From Mobula hypostoma (taxonomy: Eukaryota), in NCBI RefSeq assembly GCF_963921235.1, contig NC_086101.1, forward strand, positions 9,488,001 through 9,552,000: a stretch of DNA of 64,000 nt. Reading direction: 5' to 3'. A model generated the notes under the pieces. The model was given only the letters and a program-made list of their open reading frames with translations, ran no database searches and was not told the origin of the DNA. Every line of letters begins with the position of its first letter. Position 1 is the stretch's first letter. The translations under genes were made by a program, and so were the position numbers. Positions 50,330 to 61,704 of this stretch are shown here, one piece after another.

Positions 50330-50970
50330 TGGAAATTGATTTTAATTCAGAGATGAGGGTGTTGCATTTTGGAAGGCAAACCAGGACAGGATTACACAGG
50401 AATCAGTGGGGCCATGGAGAGTGTTGTGGAACAGAGAGACCAAGAGGTGATTGCCTTCATCAGTCAGAATACTGAGTACAGGAGCTGGGACTTTACGTTA
50501 AGAGTGTACAAGACATTGGGAAGGCCACATTTGGAGCAGAGTAATACACACAAACTGCTGGAGGAAATCAGCAGGTCAGGCAGCATCTACGGATATGAAT
50601 AAACAGTCGATGTTTTGGGTCAAGGTTTTGTGTGTGTTGCTTTGGATTTCCAGCATCCGCAGACTTTGTCGTCTTTATGATTTGGATCACTCTGTACAGG
50701 TCTGGTGATCTTTCTGCAGGAAGAATGTCATTAAACTGAGAGGGTATGGAACAGATTTACAAGGATGTTACTGGGACTGGAGGGTTTGGGTTATAAGGAG
50801 AGGCTGGATATTCTGGGTCTTTTTTCCTAGAGTTCAGGACGCTGCCAGACGAAACTGTAGAGGTGAATACAGTTGCAATGATTTAAAAGACATCTGGGCG
50901 GTTACATGGGTAGGAAAGGGTTAAAGGAATATTGAGCAAATACAGGCAAATGGAACAAGTTCATTAAAGT
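50330..50970 (+). mobile_element. Old CR1 3' fragment containing a small inverted pair of PLE tails (about 50543-50680)
   Basis: AFISQNTEYRSWD...YKTLGRPHLE; minus then plus PLE termini inside. Confidence 0.65.
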
Positions 50971-51417
50971 GAGTTGGTCAGCATGAATGAATTCTGCCTG
51001 ACCTCCTCTTTAAATGCCTCCAGTGTTTACTCACTCCATCCTCATCTGGATCCAGTTGTTGCTCCTCTCCTTCCTCATACCCGTTTCCACTGCTATCTCC
51101 CGTCTTTCTTTCCAATCCTGAGGTAAAGTCTCTGCTTGCAATCTCCCTTAACACATGCTGCTTGACCCGTTGTGATCCTCCAGAATTTTGTGTGTGTTGA
51201 TCGGAAAAAAATCCGCTCTCCATGTCGGGGAAAAACCTCGGGAAGATGCTGGTTGCCCATCCGCTGTGTTTGGGTAAAATCCCGGGAAAGGGTCCTGTCG
51301 GCCACACGACTGAGCCTGAGGCCCAGCGGCCTCTCCCCCGGTCCGGTCCCGGGGCCGCGCTGCCCGAGTCTCCCCCCGATCCCCGGGGACTCTCTAATTC
51401 TCTGCTTCTCCCCCCAG

Positions 51418-51950
51418 TCTCTGTCACCCTGGATGTGGAAACGGCGAGTCCGCGGCTCGAGGTGTCTGAGGATCGGAAGAGTGTGAGACGGACCGGGACC
51501 CGGAGGAATCTCCCGGACACCGGGAAGAGGTTCACAGACCGGGCTTGTGTGCTGGGATCGGAGGGATTCACATCGGGGAGACATTACTGGGAGGTGGAGG
51601 TGACGGGGAATCGGTGGTGGTGTCTGGGAGTCGCCGCAGAGTCTGTGAAGAGGAAGGGATCGGTCACACCGAGTCCGGAGACCGGATTCTGGATCATCGG
51701 GCGGGTTGATGACGAGATGTGGGTTTACACCTCCCCTGAGTCCCGTCTCCCTGCCGGTCCCATCCCCGGGAGGGTGGGAGTTTATCTCAGTTACCAGTCC
51801 GGGACAGTTTCATTTTACAACGCGGAGACCAAGTCCCATCTCCACACCTTCACTGGGAATAAATTCACGGGGAAAATTTATCCTTTCTTCAGGACAGTAT
51901 ATCCAAACGAGCGGCTGAGAATCTGCTCTGGTTCCGCTCCGGGTCTGTAA
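51418..51950 (+). CDS. TRIM exon 6: PRY/SPRY (B30.2) domain
   Basis: Branch/polypyrimidine ctctaattctctgcttctccccccag|tc; VSVTLDVETASPRLEVSEDRKSVR...RFTDRACVLGSEGFTSGRHYWEVEV...RVGVYLSYQSGTVSFYNA...IYPFF; stop TAA. Confidence 0.96.
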
Positions 51951-52014
51951 ACGGGTCGGGTCCGGGACCGGCGTCAGGAGTAAGTCAGTGTAAATATAAA
52001 TGTGCGAAGAGTGA

Positions 52015-52020
52015 AATAAA
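52015..52020 (+). terminator. Candidate polyadenylation signal
   Basis: AATAAA 65 nt after the stop; also present in the paralogous copy at 4076-4081. Confidence 0.55.
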
Positions 52021-53419
52021 CACGATGTGAGAATTATCGATCCATTAATTTTAACTCGTTCACCGCATCCGTCAACGGAACAGAAACACCGCGGATTCAG
52101 CAGCAGCCGCGGGCGGCGGGTCCTGAGCTCCCCGGCTCCACCGGGACTGACCGGGTAACTGGGACAAGTGGTGGTGGGGCTGACTGGGAGAGGGAGGTCA
52201 CGGTGAATCTTGGTAACACGGGACATGTACTGTCGGTAATACACGAAGCGGCGGGATCTCCCAGTGTGTCAGGTAACATCTGTGGAGGGAAATGGACAGG
52301 TGAGGGGTGGATCCAGGTGAGGGGTAATAGATGAGGGAGGAGTGGAGTTTGGAAATGTGTCAGAAACTGGGAGGTGAGAGGTGTCAGTGACAAAGGGCTG
52401 AAGATTTTGGAATCTGACAGGAGGGGAAAGTGGAGGCCGGAGTAAAGGGAGGGAGGTGGGGAGGAGTGTGTGGGTGATGGGGAACGGAGAGGGTGGGGGA
52501 GGGAGGGGAAAGAGATAGGGTGATGGGGCTGGTGGATTAGGAGGAGAGAGACATTTACATAGTAAAAGTGACAGGGAACAGCTACCAAAAGTTTCAATAT
52601 TCAATGTTGATGCTGTCAGGTTGACGATCACCCTGACGGAACATGGGGAGCTGTTCCTCTAATTTATGAGACAAATAGAGCCGGGATCTCTACGTTAAAT
52701 CAGATATTCATTTTGGGACATAGTTTATACCCAGGAATGCAGGAAAAATACAGCAGGTTGGTCAGGATCTGTGGAGAGAGGAACTGGCTTCACGTTCCAC
52801 GTCGGTGACCTCTCCCGGAATTGATTCAAACACTGCCTGCTCTGTTGCGGGTTTCAAATAATTTCTGTTTTGTTTTAGTTCTTCCAGCATCTGATTCAAG
52901 AAAAAAATGGGAGTGCAGTGTAATTTCCTCTGGAACGGGGATAAGGAAGAAGGAATGTGCTCGGAAAGGGGAGTGGACCATTAGAGAAATCGATGCTCAG
53001 GTTGGAACTACCCGGAGAGGTACGGTGAAGGGTAGAGAGACGTGGACATGATATTTTGGAGCCGGAAGTGTGGCAACACATGCAGGCTGATCCCAGCACA
53101 ATCCTCGGGCAGACTGTGTTGGTCATTGACGCAATGGGGAAATGTAAATGGTGATGTCCCCTGTGTGTATTTGTGTATGGTGGAGACAGAGAGAGAGTCT
53201 GAGACTTGCTCCGGGCTCCCCAGGTAGATGCAGGGATGATGTTTCTGGTAACGGGGGTGTCAGGGTGAGGAGGAACAGTGAGGGGACGACCATTCAGAGG
53301 TGAATAAATGTATTTACCCAGCTCATAATCTAACAGGGCTCTGCACATTTACACATCAACTATGTTGAGGAGAGATGTGGATAGTGTTTTGGATTCAGAG
53401 GTCGATCCAGATTCTCCTG

Positions 53420-53880
53420 AAGCCCTTGAGCCCCGGTAACATTCCTGTGACTCTTGTCTGCACACATTCCAGCTGAATGTCATCCTTTCTACAGCTCGGT
53501 GACCAGAACTGCACCCAGTACTCTGAGTGTGGTCTCACCAATGTCTTGTACAGCTGTAACATGACAAACTATCTCATGTACTTAATGCCCCGATCGATGA
53601 AGGCCAGCGTACCAGACACCTTCTTCACTACACTGTCTACCTGTGTCTCTACTCTCAGGAACTATGTACTTGTTCCCCTGGGTATTTCTATTCTACAACA
53701 CTCCCCAGGGCCCTGACATTCACTGTCTACATTCTGTCCTGGTTTTAACTTCCTGAAATGCATCACTTTGCACATTTCTGTGTTAAATTCTTTCTGCCAT
53801 TCCATTGCCCAGATTCCCAGTTGATTGAGGTCCTGTTGTGACTTTAGACAGACTTCACTGTCCAACACATGACCAACTTC
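53420..53880 (-). mobile_element. Old CR1 fragment
   Basis: QQDLNQLGIWAMEWQKEFNTEMCKVMHF. Confidence 0.65.
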
Positions 53881-54904
53881 AGTTTCTGTGTCTGTTCCTG
53901 GGCTGTACTGTTCTATGTTCCCCGTTTAGAAGAATGAGAGATCTCAGCGAAACACAAAACTCTTTCAGGGCTCAACAGACAGGATGCAGGGAGGACGTTT
54001 CCCCTGTCTGAGGAGTTGACAGAAACCTCGGGCCTCAAGTCCCAAGAGTAATTCCACCTGAGCAGGGGTTAGCACAGATGAGAGCACTCCGTCCTCCCAA
54101 CCGTCCTCATTACCCACCGCTGGCACAGAACCACACTGAAGGGAGGAAACGATACACCAAACTTGCCACTGCTTCCATTAAAAACCGGGCAGCTCTCGCA
54201 GAGCAGCACGGCTGATGTTCGCCGCATGAAGTTGCTCACTTCAGTATCTATGGCACAGAACAAAAATGCCATTGACTTGAAATACAGACTTTTTTGTGTG
54301 TCAGTATATCTCATAGAGTTTGCTTTTCTCTGCCTGAACTCTAATCTTTCTTCCCTTCTCGTTCGATACACACATTCAAACAGAAGATAACAAATTTATC
54401 TGGTCTGTCACAGACCCAGTATTCCATCACCTACTGAAGAACAACCAGCCTTCCACGGCTAAAGTGGCAGAAAGAGCAATTGTATCTGATAAAGGTCCTG
54501 TGCCATCAGCTCTACAGAGGTCATGTAATTTTTCACAAGTGCATTCATCATATCTGCAGTTGATGGTACTCTATCTAAATAAGAATGCCTTAAAAGAGCT
54601 TGTGGCTCACTGTCAAATGTCATTCTCTGGTCCCTCATGTTCCTTTCGAAGTTACTTTTTCCTTTGGCTTTTTGTCAGTCTTCAATCTTGTAATCAGTAG
54701 TGACCCATTGGACAAGCTAGAGAAAACTTGCTGCTTACCAGGCAAAGTAGAAAAATAGATAATGTTTGAGAGATGAATGATTGAAATAGTTGCAAATTAC
54801 AATTGTAGCAAGAGTTAATTCACCACTTATTCGAACTTTGACGATAACAACATTTTCATTTCAACAGTCCCAAGATCTTAGTGAAGTTCTGGATTACAGC
54901 CTTT

Positions 54905-55653
54905 CCCTCTCCCCCACTTTCTGCTTTCAGCAGGGATCACTCCCTACACGACTCCCTTATCCATTTGTCCCATCCCACTGAACTCCCTCCTGGCACTTCC
55001 AGGTGAGGCGACACTTCACCTGTGTGTCAGGTGGGGTCATAGACTGTGTTTGGTGCTTCTGGTGTGGCCTCCTGTATATCAGTGAGACCCGACATAGATT
55101 GGGAATCTGCTTCATCAGGCACCAGAAAAAGCTGCATCCTAGTAGCCACCCATTTTAATTCCACTGCCTATTCCCATATGTCCATCGAGGGCCCCCTCTA
55201 CTGTCACGATGAGGCCACACTCAGTTGGAGGAGCAATATCTCATATTCCGTCTGGGTAGCATCCAAGCTGATGGCATGAACATCGATTTATCGAACTTCC
55301 AGTAATGGCCACCCCTCCTTCACCATTCCCCGTGCCCTTTTCCCTCTCTCACTTTATCTCCTTGCCTGCCCATCGCCTCCCTCTGGTGCTCCTCCCACTT
55401 TTCTTCCATGACCTTCTGTCCTCTCCTGTAGGACTCACCCTTCCCCAGTCCTGGATCTCTTTCACCCATTCAACTTCCCAGCTTCCGGTTTCACCGATCA
55501 CCTCGTGTTTCTCCCCCACCTTTCAAATGTGATTCCTCATCTTTTTTCTCCAGTCCTGCTGAAGAGCTTTGGCCTGAAACGTCGACTGTACTTTTTCTCG
55601 TAGATGCTGCCTGCCCTGCTGGGTTCCTCCAGCATTTTGTGTGTGTTGCTTGG
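54905..55653 (+). mobile_element. Penelope-like 3' part (GIY-YIG + tail)
   Basis: ggcctcctgtatatcagtgagacccga (LLYISETR), VATHFNS, then the PLE tail. Confidence 0.8.
55551..55588 (+). ncRNA. Minimal type-I hammerhead ribozyme-like motif (best-preserved copy in the window)
   Basis: CAGTC-CTGCTGA-AGAGCTTTGGCCT-GAAA-CGTC-GACTG: stem I CAGTC/GACTG, core CUGANGA with an A6C change, GAAA, GUC site; stem II weakened. Confidence 0.55.
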
Positions 55654-56950
55654 ATTGAATTGAATTGACTTTATTTCTTACATCCTTCACATACATGAGG
55701 AGCAAAAATCTTTACCTCTCCATCTATGTATGCAATCATCATAATTTATAATAAATAGAACAGTCAGTGTAACATAGAAATACACTCAGATCAGTGTGAG
55801 TTAATCAGTCTGATGGTCTGCTGGAAGAAGCTGTCTCGGAGCCTGCTGGTCCTGGCTTTTATGCTGCGGTACCGTTTCCCGGATTGTAGCAGCTGGAATA
55901 GATTGTGGTTGGGGTGCCTTGGGTCCCCAATGATCCTACGGGCCCTTTTTACACACCTGTCTTTGTAAATGTCCTGAATCATGGGAAGTTCACAAGTACA
56001 GATGTGCTGGGCTGTCGGCACCACTCTCTGCAGAATCCTGCGATTAAGGGAGGTACAGTCCCCATACCGGTCAGGATGCTCTCAGTTGTGCCCCTGTAGA
56101 AAGTACTTAGGATCTGGGGGCCCATACCAAACTTCCTCAACTGTCTGAGGTGAAAGTGGTGCTGTTGTGCCTTTTTCACCACACGGCTGGTGGTGAGGTC
56201 CTCGGTGATGTGGATGCCGAAGAACTTGAAGCTGTTCGCTCTCTCAAACCCAGATCCATTGATGTCAATAGGGGTTAGCCCATCTCCATTCCTCCTGTAA
56301 TCCACAACCAGCTCCTTTGTTTTTGCGACATTGAGGAAGAGGTTGTTTTCTTGACACCGCTGTGTCAGAGAGATGACTTCCTCCCTGTGGACCACCTCGT
56401 TATTGTTTGAGATTAGGCCAATCAATGTAGTGTTGTCGGCAAATTTAATTAGCAGATTAGAGCTGTGGGTGGCGACACAGCCCTGAGGAGCTCGTGTATT
56501 GAGAGTCAGAGGGGTGGAGGTGAGGGAGCCCACTCTTAACACCTGCTGGCGATCTGACAGGAAGTCCAGGATCCAGATGCACAAGGCAGGGTCAAGGCCG
56601 AGGTCTCTGAGCTTCCTGTCTAGCCTGGAGGGAATTATGGTGTTGAATACTGTAGTCCAATAACAGCATTCTCACATAAGCATCCCTCTTCTCCAGATAT
56701 GTAGGGATGGTATGTAGAGCAGTGGCTATTGCATCGTCTGTTGATTGCTTGTGTCAGTAGGCAAATTGTAGGGGCTCCAGTGTGGATGGCAGCTTGCTGC
56801 AGATGTAATCCTTGACCAGCCTCTCAAAGCATTTGCTTATTATTGAGGTGAGTGCAACAGGATGTCCGTCGTTCAGGCATGTTACCTTGGTCTTGTTTGG
56901 TTCAGGGACAATGCAGGATAATTTGAAGCAGGAAGTTACTCTACACTGGG
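55654..56950 (-). mobile_element. Rex1/Babar LINE, 5'-truncated
   Basis: PVALTSIISKCFERLV, EPLQFAY, WILDFL, IKFADNTT, RLRDSFF; (attga)n tail. Confidence 0.85.
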
Positions 56951-57199
56951 AGAGGGAGAGATTAACTATTTCCAGCATCTGCAGATTGTCTCTTGTTTAT
57001 AGTTTCACGGTGCAGGATCGCCACCTGCTGCTGGAAACCGGTACTGCAGGAAGAGCAGAAACACAATGCTGTAACTCGGCTGGAATGTGGGCATCGGTAG
57101 CGGGGCCAACATTTACTGCCCGCCGACTGCCCAAAAGAAAGTCGAAATGAGCTACTTGTGGCCCACTCGTACACAGACAGATCGCTAAACAGAGGAAGG

Positions 57200-59480
57200 A
57201 ATCAGCATCAAATCCCGTTGATTATATTATCACCGGCTTGTGTTAGCTTAGCAGCAGCAGTTCAATTCAATACATAATATAGAAGAACGAAAAATAATAA
57301 GTAAATGAATAAGTAAATCAATTGCAGTATATGTATATTGAATAGATGAAAAATCATGCAAAAACAATTATATTAAAAAAGTGAGGTAGTGTTCACGGGG
57401 TCAATGTGCATTTAGGAATCGGATAGCAGAGGGGAAGAAGCTGTTTCTGAATCGCTGAGTCTGTGCCTCCTGCCTGATGGTAACAGTGAGAAAAGGGCAT
57501 GCCCTGGGTGCTGGCCGTCCTCAATAATGGACGCTGCCTTTCGGAGACACCGCTGCTTGAAGATCTAGGTACTCTGTAGGCTTGTACCCAAGATGAAGCC
57601 GACTATATTTACGACCCTCTGCAGCTTCTTTTGGTCCTGTGCAGTAGCACCCCCACCCCCCCCCGCATACCAGACAGTGATGCAGCCTGTCAGAATGCTC
57701 TCCACGTTACATCTAGAGAAGTTTTTGAGTATATTTGTTGACATACGAAATCTCTTCAAGCCCCTAATGAAGTATAGTCACTGTCTTGCCTTCTTTGTAG
57801 CTGCATTGATATGTTGGGACCAGCTTAGGTCCTCAGAGATCTTGACACCCAGGAACTTGAAACTGCTTCCTCTCTCCAATTCTGATCCCACTACGAGGAT
57901 TGGTATGTGTTCCTTCCTCTTACCCTTCCTGAAGTCCACAATCAGCTCTTTCATCTGACTGAGTGACGTTGAGTGCAAGGTTGTTGTGACACCACTCCAC
58001 TAGTTGGTATATCTTGCTCCTGTACGCCTTCTCGACTCCATCTGAGATTCTACAAACAATGGTTGTATCATCAGCAAATTTATAAATGCTGTTTGAGGTG
58101 TGCCTAGTCACACTGTCATTGGTATTGAAGAGTAGAGCAGTGGGCTAAGCACACATCCCTGAGTTGCATCAGTGTTGATCCTCAGTGAGGAGGAGATACT
58201 GTCACCGATCCGCACAGACTGTGATCTTCCAGCTGGGAAGTCGAGGATCCAATTGCAGAGGGAGGTACAGAGGTCCAGGTCACCGGCATACGTCATAACA
58301 TTTGTATCTTAGCGGCAGCAGTACGATGCAATACATGACAATATAGAAAAAAAGTAGATCTGTCACAGAGAGTATATATCTGTATTAAAAAGTGAAATTA
58401 AAATATTGCAAACGCAGAAATAATATAGTAAAAACTGAGGTAATGTTCAATGTCCATTTAGGAATTGGATGTCAGAGGGGAAGAAATAGTTCGTGAATCG
58501 CTGAGTGTGTGCCTTCAGGATTCTGTACCTCCTTCCTGATGGTAACAAGGAGAAGAGGGCATGTCCTGGGTCTTGGGGGTCCTTTCTGACGCACTGCTCC
58601 TTGGAGATATTTGAATACCATGGAGGCTAGTACTGAAGATAGAGCTGACTAATTTTACAAGTTTATGTAGCTTCTTTTGAACCTGTGCAGTCGCACCCCC
58701 CGCACCTTCCCCAAACCAGGCAGTGATGCCGCCTGTCAGAATGCTCTCCATGGTTCATCTTTAGAAGTTCTCAACTGTTTTAGGTGACAAACCAAATCTC
58801 CTCAAACTCCTAATGAAAGATAGCTGCTGTTCTGGTTAGACCAGATTAGATCTTCAGAGATCTTGACACCCAGGAACCTGAAATCGCTCACTCTCTCCAG
58901 TTCTGATCCCTCTATGAGGATTGGTATGTGTTCCCTCGTCTTACCCGTTCTGAAGTCCACAATCAGTTCTTTGGTCTCACCGACGTTGAGTGCAAGGTTG
59001 TTGCTGTGACTCCACTCAACCAGCTGGAATATCTCATTCCTGTACGCCCTCTCGTCACCACCTGAGATTCTGCCAGCAATGGCTCTGTCATCAGCAAACA
59101 TATAGATGGCATTTGAGCTACACCCAGTCACACAGAGAAAGTAGAGCTGTGGGTTGAGTACACATCCCTGTTCTGTGCCAGCATTGATCGTCAGCGAGAT
59201 GGAGATATTATTACCAATCAGCACATATTGTGGTCCTCCAGTTTGGAAGTCAATGATCCAGATGCAGAGGGAGATACAGAGACTCAGGTTCCGTAGCGTA
59301 TTGATCAGGGCTGTAGGAATGATGATGACTGAGCTACAGTCAATGGTCAGCATCCTGACGTAGGTATTTGTATTGTCCAGGTGACCCAAGGCCATGTGAA
59401 CAGCCATTGAGATCGTGTCTACTGTTGACCTATTGTGGCGATAGGCAAATTGCAGTGGGCCCAGGTCCTTGCTGAGGCAG
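57200..59480 (-). mobile_element. Two or three adjacent Rex1/Babar LINE copies, same family as 21122-22052
   Basis: Repeated YKFADD/YMFADD, KELIVDFR, SFKFLGVKISEDL and ESILTG motifs; two separate 3' UTRs near 57250 and 58310. Confidence 0.8.
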
Positions 59481-60649
59481 GAGATGCATCTAGCCAGCAT
59501 TTTGTGTGTTGCTCTGGATTTCAGCATCTGCAGCCTGTCGTGTCTCCAGACTGTCACGGTGCCTTTTACACACGACAATAAATTCAGCATGACTTCACTT
59601 CATCTTACTTCACTTCGAGGATACCTCTCTTACATCCTCCCAGTCTTTTTGCACAGCCAAAATCCCTCACTCAAGTAAACTTCCACAGATGTACTGCAGG
59701 GAGCATTCAGTCTGGGTACATACTGACCGTGTGGAGGTACCATTGCACAGGATCGGAAACCATTACAAAGGTTTGAAAACTCAGCTGGCTCCATCATGGG
59801 CACTAGCCTCCCCGCCATTATGGATATCGTCAAATGAGGCTGCCTCAGGAGTGTGGAGTCCATCATTAAAATCCTCGCCATCCAGGACAAGTCCGCTGAC
59901 AAATCCTGTCTTCCTAAAATGCAGTGAGTAGAATTGGAGTTCAGTCTCTATCGCTCAGCTGCGGAGACGTTCCCATTGTTTGTAATTTCCCCTGCCGGAG
60001 TTTCTGTTCACAGCTTTTGCTCTCAGCTTTGCTTCCTTGTTCACCTGTCCTCTCTTTCAGAAGAGATATGACTCACCAGTCTCCCCCACCCCCTCACACA
60101 TAGCGCTAATCTATTTTTCTCCTGTTCTCTGTCTCACCTAATAACTTGACATTCTAGTTGTTCATCATTACAGCTTCTTGTGTGGGTTAAGTCTGGTAAC
60201 ACACGACTGTAATTCTATCCCATTGCCTTCTCATTCTGAAACTTGACTTCCTTCAGAACCTGTTGACCTAAATCTGCTCTTCACTCTTTGACAGCCCGTT
60301 TCAAGTCAGCTGCTGAACACGTTTCTTTTCAAAGTGTTTTACTGTTGTACTCCAGGGATGATCGGTTCTCTCGCCTGCCCCATTTTGTCTCTCATCCTTC
60401 ACTCCTGGGTCGGGTGGCTTGACGATCAGCTTAGCGGGGTAAACTCTGGGACGATGATATTGCCAAGAATTTGAAGTCTTGTCCAATCCAGAGGGGGTAA
60501 GGAAGGCAGTTGTCCCCCCTGAACAACATTTGTGAATGTAAATTGGCTTTTCTTGTCACATTGAAAGATACAGTGAATCGGGCTGTTTGTGTCAATCACC
60601 AACACATTCTGTGTGCTCAGGCCAAGAGTCACCACATTTCTGGCACCAA

Positions 60650-60838
60650 GATAGCACGCCCACAACTTACTGACCCTAACCTACACATCTTTGGAGTGTG
60701 GGAGGAAACCGGAGCATCCAGAGGAAACTCACACAGTCACAGGAAGAATCTACAAACTCCTTACAGACAGCAGCTGGAATTGACCCCGGGCCACTGGCTC
60801 TGTAATAGCGTTACACTTACTGCTGGGCTACCGTGACA
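60650..60838 (-). mobile_element. V-SINE (HE1-like)
   Basis: gggaggaaaccggagcatccagaggaaactcacacagtcacagg...caaactcc is the reverse complement of the V-domain. Confidence 0.7.
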
Positions 60839-61024
60839 CCCAAATTGGGTGGGTTTTCACAACAATCCTGTAAAAATGTCACCATCAGCGATGCTAGTAT
60901 TTACTTAAGGCTAGGTTTAGTTGATATTACATCCTTAGTCAATAGTGAAAAGGTTCGAGCTCTTGTGTCAGGTTTAACTGGCCAAATATCTTTTTCCCAG
61001 GACTGGAGACTGAAGGACTAATTG

Positions 61025-61392
61025 GTATGAAGTGAGTTAACAGGAATCTGAGGCCAATGTTTTCACCTGGAGAGTGGTCAGCATAAGCAATAGGAAGTAT
61101 TTCCTAGGGCAGCAATGGCTAATACCAGGGGGCATCATTTTCAGGAGAATGGAGGAAGGTCTGGGGGGTTGTCAGAGGTAGATTACTACATAGAGGTTGG
61201 TGGGCATGCAGAACGCTCTGGAAGAGTGGTGGTAGAGGCAGATACTTTCGGGGCATTGAAGATACTCAGACAAGCACGTGGATGAAAGAAAAGTGGAGAG
61301 CTATGTGGAAGGGAAGGGTTATGTTTATCGTAGAGCAGGTTAAAATGTCAGCACTGCATCATTGGTCGAAGAGTCTGTACGGTGTTGTATTT
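61025..61392 (+). mobile_element. Old CR1 3' end fragments
   Basis: gtggtggtagaggcagatac...ggtcgaagagtctgtac tail. Confidence 0.55.
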
Positions 61393-61588
61393 ATGGAGAG
61401 GAATAAAGAGTCGATATTTTGGACCGAGGCCCTTCGTCAGTATTTCAGATCATCGCATCCTGATGGATGGTCTCGACCTGAGAAGCTGGCTCTTTCTTTG
61501 TCTCCATAGATGCTGCCTGACCTGCTGAGTTCCTCCGTCATTTTGTGAGTTTTACTCTGGATTTCCAGTATCTGCAGAATCTTGTGTA
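61388..61588. repeat. Inverted pair of Penelope-like termini
   Basis: Minus copy (gagtcgatattttggaccgaggcccttcgtcag) followed after a short spacer by a plus copy (cctgatggatggtctcgacctga...gctgagttcctcc). Confidence 0.6.
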
Positions 61589-61704
61589 TTCATACATAAC
61601 AAGCTGAAAACAACCAAAACGGCTCTTTTGTTTGGTGTTGTTTGTGTGATTAACATTGGCCAGGATGTTGGGGATGGCCCTGTATTGCCCTCAATACCAG
61701 TACT

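Larger units (their letters stand above)
23868..51950 (+). other. TRIM gene locus (RING-B-box2-coiled-coil-PRY/SPRY E3 ligase; TRIM39-like / zinc-binding protein A33-like), 6 coding exons, 471 aa
   Basis: Exons of 411, 96, 234, 23, 119 and 533 nt join in frame through GT-AG introns with no stop; exon sizes match the usual B30.2-TRIM layout. Confidence 0.93.

Noticed and set aside
50978..51584. Antisense ORFs over the SPRY exon
   Set aside because: Shadow frames expected in GC-rich coding DNA
23868..51950. Assigning a gene symbol such as TRIM39 or TRIM69
   Set aside because: Lineage-expanded family; orthology cannot be established from this sequence alone
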